NCBI GenBank assembly: GCA_002269645.1
Contig: NIVC01004249.1
Coordinates: 1-53,316 of the forward strand
Direction: 5' to 3'
Source of the DNA: Macrostomum lignano
Lineage: Eukaryota
DNA: 53,316 nucleotides
Made by a program: the position numbers and the translations under genes. Below are positions 46,752 to 53,316 of this stretch, one piece after another; position 1 is the first letter of the stretch, and each line of letters opens with the position of its first letter. The notes beneath the pieces are model-generated. The model was not told where the DNA came from. It saw nothing but the letters and a program-made list of their open reading frames with translations, and made no database searches.

Positions 46752-47444
46752 GCTAAACAAGAGCCTGGTCGCTTGAAAACTTATTCCCATTCTAACGATA
46801 AGTGGGAGAATTGTATTGAGAGGACGTATACAGTTGCAAAAATATCACCATGGGATTTCAATTTGTTGCAAAATCTTGTGACCAGAGTGAGTCCGCAGAC
46901 AGGAACTTTAGTTTGTTTTTGTTTGGTTCCTACAGCGCGTGGTGTAAAATTTTACTTTTCATTTTCTAAACATTTTCCTCGCTGTTTACTCTTTAACAAA
47001 AGTGCCTGTTTTACTAAAAGTACCACCTTGCTGTTTTGTGTTTTGCGTATGAAAACCTTAAACTTTGTTAAGCCACTTCTGCTCTCTGAGGCTTTCCTGG
47101 GAATTCTGATTGTCATTCAGCCTCCAACTCCCTGGCCTTATCTTTAGAAATTTTCTTCGCTGGTTTTTGCTGCTCAGCCTCTCTGTCTGCTTTGAGGCTG
47201 CCGCTAGCTTAAGGCTTTCCGGGTTGAAGAGAAGCGCGGAAATGTATGCTAAAAGAAAAAAGCTGGGAAGCTCAAATTCAACTCTGAGACAGAATGCTTT
47301 ATTTTCAAGGCTTTTTAAAGCTTTTTCTATGGAAGCCTCAGCCACTAGGAAAATATATATTTTATGCAGTCACAATCTCATAAACATATTTATACTCTCC
47401 TGACCTCTGTTAATCTGTTATTTTACAAAATTATTTTAATTCTT

Positions 47445-49655
47445 GTGATGTAACCGCCCTTGTCGCCTGCCCGCTCCGTAGAGAGACGAACGCATGACTA
47501 GAGGGGGCAATGACCGTAGGCTGCCTATGACCGGGCAACGACCTGACGGACCTCCAGCACCAGACTGTCCCGCCCACATGATTAGTAGCTTTTGGTAGCG
47601 CTTCGTGACCAGAGGGCCAAGGACCCACATGGACCCCACCTGTAGCCAAGGTGCAATAGTTGGTCACTCGGTCATGGTATGACCGAGTGGCTGCCACCAC
47701 TCTATGTGACCTGGCGCACCTGGATCTTTCTACCAGACCTCTCGAGGCTAGAGCCCCGCCTGGATTGGTTACCAGGGGATTTAGGCTAACAGGGGAGACG
47801 CATGCAGCCGAGTACAGGGACTCTGCTTGGGGCATGATCGGGAACTCTGGGCTCAATCCTGGAGGATTTCTCAGCAGGGGATCCTTTGTGGCTGTGAGCG
47901 AGGCTGACTTGCGACTTTGATTACTAAGAGTAGTATGAGGCGAACATGTACTGTCTCTAGTTTAGATTGCTCAGGGCGAAGGGACGCGTCAGCATGGGGT
48001 TGCAACCTTCCTACTGCCATTCTGTGCCAAGACTCGCTAATCCCTCTACTGCACGCACACGCGGCCCCGCAGCACGCACTCACAGGCGGGCTTTGCACGG
48101 GGAGAGGCCATTAGCTTACCCAAACTCCCTTATGCTTTGCCACCCGGGAGAAAGGCTTAGCAAGCCATGAGTGAAATGATGGTGAAAGATTGAATAATGA
48201 TGAAGTTAGTTAATAGTTAATAATTAGGCCCTTAGGCGAATAATCAGGCAATTAGGCGGCTTCACTATTGAGTAAAATACATCAAAAGATACGGTATCAC
48301 AATTGGCTCAGCTCTCTAATCAGACAATGGAAAATAGGCAAACCCCGGATAAGCAAAGGCAATTAGAGCACAAATTAGTAACAGGAACTTACCGGCAGCT
48401 GCACAGAGAGAGAGAGAGGCGGAGTGACCGAGGGCGGCTGTAGGCTGCAGTCAGGCAGACAGTGAAGCGGCGATGCGCTGGAGCGACGAGGCGCTGATGT
48501 AGATCAGGCGATGCTGATGATGCTGGGCGGTATCAGACCGCTGGCCGATAGGCGAGCTCACTTGGGAAGCTAAGGATAACTTGGCGGTAACAGACCGCGG
48601 ACCGGCAGGGATTCGTCTTATAGACGAATGGGTCAGAACTCAATCTGACTGCAAGTCCAAAGAAGGACGAGGAGAGGAGAAAGGTTGAGGATTCTCATGC
48701 CGAAATCGCTTCCTTTTATAGACCTCACAGCCGCCTCCTCAAGGTCGTTACCATGGCTCCCTCTCTCTGATTGGCTGCCGGCAGAATGACGTCAGAATGA
48801 GTCATGATGAGAAGCATGAGACCGGCATAGCAACATGAGAAATAGGGAAATTGCGCAATCCGGAGGTGGGGTGGGGGGATAATTGGCGCAGCGGGTGGTC
48901 GCGAAAGTGTTGCGCAAGCAAACATTGAGAACAATAGGGCTGGGGTCGAGAACAAAGGAATTGGAAATCGGGGATAATTGGGGAAAACTGAGAACAATGG
49001 AAAAGTAAACATTGGAGAAAGGTGATAATTAGGTGCGAAAACGAGAACAAAAGAAAGAGAAAATCGGAGAAAATGTGATAATTGGTGGGGGTCGAGAGAA
49101 CAAAAGAAGCAAAAACGAGAACAATAGAAGCGGAGGTGGGGTGGGTGTCGCATGAGAAATTTGGGGAGGAGAACAATGGCGTGAGAAAAGGTTGCGCAAG
49201 AGAGGGGGATGAGTCATCGATGAGTCATCGGGGGGAAGAAGGGGTCACACGACTTGCGTCACCGTTTGGGAGTTTGGGAGGGGATGGGGAGACGGTGAGC
49301 ACACAAAATACTGTAAGTAGACACAGAGAAGGAGGGGGGCAGCGCAGGAAAAGAGTGCAGAGGGAGACAAAAAAAAGAGAGGAGATAGAGAAAGTACAGG
49401 AAGAATAGGGCGGAAACAGAAGAGATAGGGTAGAGGGGGAGGTACAGAAAGGGGTAGGGGGCTCCGGAAAGGCAGGTGTGGCGGCAGGAGAGACGGGACC
49501 AAGGCAGCAGGAGGGGTGCAGCAGAGCGGGAGTCTCCAGGCCCGGTCGGAGGCCTGGCCGAGTCTCGACAGCTCTGTGCAGAGGGTGCACGGATAGGAGG
49601 CACTTTCGAAAAAGTTCCCATGCCCTATCCCGCGACCAGAGCGTGGTTACATCAC
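47445..49655 (-). mobile_element. ~2.2-kb LTR-like or TIR-bounded unit, no ORF
   Basis: Inverted termini GTGATGTAACC...GGTTACATCAC. Minus-strand CCAAT (48770-48774), TATAAAA (48714-48720) and repeated upstream motifs. No clear TSD. Confidence 0.45.
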
Positions 49656-49895
49656 TTGATTCTGTAAGTTACGAGTCTGGTTCCAAATTTACGTAGTTGA
49701 AACAAGTATACAAAATCGCTTGAATATTTATTTCTAGAACTGTCAACGCAACGAAGTGTTTGGCTTTAAATACTCATTGTAACTTCAACAAAAACTGGAT
49801 ATCTAGTGGTGGGTTGTAGCCTAGGGGTGCGATGTAGTCTAGGGTGGGTTGTAGCCTAGGGTGGGTTGTAGCCTAGGGTGGGTTGTAGCCTAGGG

Positions 49896-50285
49896 CAGGG
49901 GCGTAGCCAGGAATTTTGATTGGGGGGGGCCGTGAGTTAGGGGGTGCCAGCTTCTTATAGGAGGGGCGCCAGTTTCGTTTAGGGGGGGGCGCCAGTTTCT
50001 TTTAGGGGGACGCCAGTTTCTTTTAGGGGCCGCCAGTTTCTTTTAGGAGGGGGCGCCAGTTTCTTTTAGGACGGGGGGGCGCCAGTTTCTTTTAGGGAGG
50101 CGCCAGTTTTTTATAGGGGGCGCCAGTTTCTTTTAGGGGGGGGGCGCCAGTTTCTTTTAGGGGGGCGCCAGTTTCTTATAGGGGGGGGGCGCCAGTTTCT
50201 TTTAGGGGGAGGGGGGCGCCAAGGCCAGAGTTGGTGATTATGGGGGGGCCACGGCCCCCTTGCCCCCCCCTCTGGCTACGCCCTG
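49896..50285. mobile_element. hAT-like MITE, 390 bp
   Basis: TIRs CAGGGGCGTAGCCAG / CTGGCTACGCCCTG (one-G indel); 8-bp TSD GCCTAGGG (49888-49895, 50286-50293); internal GGGGGCGCCAGTTTCTTTTA repeats. Confidence 0.9.
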
Positions 50286-50313
50286 GCCTAGGGGTGGGTT
50301 GTAGCCTAGGGGT

Positions 50314-50597
50314 GGGTTGTAGCCTAAGTGATAGAGCGTCGGATTTACGACTGGAGGCTGGGGGTTCGATTCCCGATCCCACTCGGAACAATTGTGCCCT
50401 TGAGCAAGACAATTAGCTCTGCATTGCTTTAGTTCACCAGGCTTTAAAATGAGTGCCAGCATTAGCTGGGGTAACTGAAGGTGTGTGGCGACCCCCCAGT
50501 CCTTGGACTGAACAGCCGTACGCAGCCTTCAGATGCGCCGCGCAATGGCTGCGGCTGAGCTGTCGGTTGCACATCTGGCCATTAGGGCAGGTGTAAT
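50314..50597 (+). mobile_element. Full-length tRNA-derived CORE-like SINE
   Basis: A box TAGCCTAAGTG, B box GGTTCGATTCC, then TGTGCCCTTGAGCAAG...TAAAATGAG resembling the CORE domain. Confidence 0.85.
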
Positions 50598-51413
50598 AGT
50601 CAACTAATATTATTTTTTGAAGCAGAAATTTCCTGAAAAAAAAGTTGTTTCTCAATCCACTGTACAGTCAATGCCATGGACAGCTTACTGGTATGGCTGC
50701 CCCCGCCCGCGCCTTCCCCCGCAGTGGTAGCCATGGAAACCAGGCCAGGGGGTTTCAAAAGTTTTCCATTTCATCGATCAACAGTTAAGCATTGGGAAAA
50801 ACGTTTTTTGCCTGACTTGAACCCCAGCACCTCAGATGGAGGAAGGCCTGATCCTTTGTTTAATCACCTGCCTCTTCGCTGAAGAAAAAATTGTCTCTGT
50901 CTGGCCGTGTAAAACGCTCTAACATCTTCACTCACTCTGTCTTGCTTGAGTAGACTTCCTCACGTCTCTAATATAATGTCAAAGAGACGCTATTGAAGAA
51001 TTCTGAAAGACTCCGAGGCGACCGGTGTCTCGGCATCTCGGGCTTAATGCAATGCTTGAAGTGGCTTCATGCACAGTCGTCAGGAGAATGTGGATTCTCT
51101 CTAAGGAATCAGAGATGCACTTTTATTCTTGCCGATTTGCCTCAAGGCTCAAGCCAAGGAGTTCTATAATTAGCAACCTGGAGTGGAAACGAGTTTTTCA
51201 CTTTTACCGCATGAGGCCAGACTAGCATAGACAGTGCCATAGACATTCAGTGCTGGCTCCTTATCTTAACAATTTGCGTGGCCTCATGAGGTAAAACTCG
51301 TTTCCGCTCCAGATTGTGTTAATAAGAGATGGTTTGTGTGTGCATTCTCTCGATGCACAGCAATGCTAAAATTTTTATGGCGAAAACAGCTTGAGTGAGA
51401 CATGTACGCAACT

Positions 51414-51915
51414 AGACTCCTGACTTTGGAGACTCCTGACTCTCGACTCCTGACTCTCGATTCCTGACTCTCGACTCCTGACGATCTCGACTCCTGACTC
51501 TCGACTCCTGACTCTCGACTCCTGACTCTCGACTCCTGACTCTCGACTCCTGACTCTCGACTCCTGACTCTCGACTCCTGACTCTCGACTCCTGACTCTC
51601 GACTCCTGACTCTCGACTCCTGACTCTCGACTCCTGACTCTCGACTCCTGACTCTCGACTCCTGACTGAGCACCCTGACTCTCGACTCCTGACTCTCGAC
51701 TCCTGACTCTCGACTCCTGACTCTCGACTCCTGACTCTCGACTCCTGACTCTCGACTCCTGACTCTCGACTCCTGACTCTCGACTCCTGACTCTCGACTC
51801 CTGACTCTCGACTCCTGACTCTCTCGACTCTCTCCTGACTGAGCACCCCTGACTCTCGACTCCTGACTGAGCACCCCTGACTCTCCAGTCCTGACTCTCC
51901 ACTCCTGACTCAGCA
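51414..51915. repeat. 14-bp minisatellite TCGACTCCTGACTC
   Basis: Direct reading. Confidence 0.97.
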
Positions 51916-52766
51916 CTCCTTATTCTACTCTGCGGGCTTCTGCCCACTGACTATTGTAACCTTGGACTGCATGTAAAGTTGAGTGATTCAGTGGGCGATG
52001 GTCTTGAAATATTCGCTTTAGCAGCTCGTATTGACAACGTTAACGAATGGTACAGTAAAAATAGATAAAACCTAAAAACCTTAGAAATTTCAAATAGCAC
52101 AATGCATTAAAAAATCATTAACATCACTTTTATTGCAATTTTGACATAAAAGGCTCAGAATAAAAAGAAAAGAAATTCTAAAAGACTTACGCATTTCAAC
52201 AATTCATCAGCTACTTTTGCTACTAAGGCCGTGCGTTATAATCGTAAAGCTAGGCTAGTGTACTGACTGTGCTGAATTAAAGAAATTAGTTTAAAGTATT
52301 GTGACAAAGAAGCATTGTTAAAATTTGTACCAGGAGAAAAACAAAAGAAAATATTAACTTCAATTTAACAGCCTGTTAAAATTTGTTTGGGCTACTTTTA
52401 GGTAGCTTGAATCATCCTCATCCTGATTGGCTGGTGTCTTCTTGTCCGCTGACTTACCCTCCGCCTGATTGGCTCGCAATCTCGAATCAGCTGACTCATC
52501 CTACGCCTGATTAGCTGGCCTCCTCTTGTCCGCCGACTTATCCTCCTAATCATTGCTGTTAACCTGCTCACTCACCTCTGCCGTAGCTACAGATGACTCT
52601 TGAGTTCTTGATTTCATGACCGGGTTCGCTGCACGTGCCATTGAGTGCAGATGATTGGTGTTGCATTCTGTGGGTCCCTTTTATGTATTTTCCAACAACA
52701 ATAACACGTTCGATGAGAACTCAACATTCTTTTGAAATTATGGTTTTAGCTTTTAGCTCGTATAAA

Positions 52767-53065
52767 GGCGTTGTAGCCTATAGTGATTAGAGCGTCGGAC
52801 TCACAACTTTAAGGTCGGGGGTTCGATTCCCGATCCAACTCGGAACAATGTATTGCTTCAGTTCACCCAGCTGTAAAATGGGTGCCAGCATTAGCTGGGG
52901 TAATTGAAGGTGTGTGTGGCGACCCCCAGTCCTTGGACTGAACAGCCGTACGCAGCCTTCAGATGCGCGCGCAATAGCTGCGGCTGAGCTGTCGGTTGCA
53001 CATCTGCCCCAATTGGGGGAGGTGTAATCAATTATTATTATTATTATTGTTATCATAATTATAAT
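52767..53065 (+). mobile_element. SINE copy with (ATT)n tail
   Basis: Same family as 50314, with a short internal deletion after the head; tandem ATT tail. Confidence 0.9.
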
Positions 53066-53316
53066 ATTATTTATATTATTACGTTATTTTCAATTTATTA
53101 ATTCGGAAAAATAAATCCTAATGAGAAAAAACAATATTATTTGTTTATTTTCATAAACAATTTATGAAAATTGCTTTCATATAATTCCTTTATCGCTTTT
53201 GTCGTGAGTTGAACTATTTAATTGCGATCATCATCGACAGAGCTGTAGGCAAATACCATGTTCATCTGACAGGCAACAAATATTGGAATATCAACCAGTG
53301 AAACAGACTAAGATAC

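Noticed and set aside
47058-47403. Overlapping ~95-aa ORFs on both strands
   Set aside because: No motifs and no splice support; not MATE-like.
52575-52665. Minus-strand MQHQSSALNG...CSYGR|gtgagt as MATE exon 1
   Set aside because: Plausible donor, but no sequence motif and no compatible next exon was identified; unsupported.

Overview
Repeat-rich animal (invertebrate) genomic DNA with spliceosomal introns. No prokaryotic features are present. The very high minisatellite load resembles a Macrostomum-like flatworm genome, but that is an unverified inference. Left to right: AT-rich DNA; a decayed Ngaro/DIRS tyrosine-recombinase retrotransposon (minus strand, ~3960-6520) head-to-head with an 11-exon RYK/derailed gene (plus strand, 6981-30409, 693 aa predicted: signal peptide, WIF domain, TM, pseudokinase), whose introns 2-10 are packed with tandem arrays (~13 of ~21 kb); two more arrays, one with an 819-bp higher-order repeat; a nested TE cluster, in which a complete 4,024-bp P-element/THAP9-type transposon (31-bp TIRs, 8-bp TSD, 3-exon transposase with one frameshift) sits in the 5' leader of a mariner that is fused by deletion to a Gypsy LTR-gag-protease remnant; MATE/SLC47-like exons on the minus strand; a LINE RNase H fragment; a single-exon secreted PAN + C-type lectin gene; a 2.2-kb LTR-like unit; a hAT-like MITE; and several copies of a tRNA-derived CORE-like SINE. 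Most striking observations: a 26-bp intronic array built from repeated splice acceptors, in which only the penultimate AG is broken; an apparent AG-exclusion rule governing how close arrays come to acceptors; and the near-intact P element. All coordinates and splice models were read by eye and need computational confirmation.
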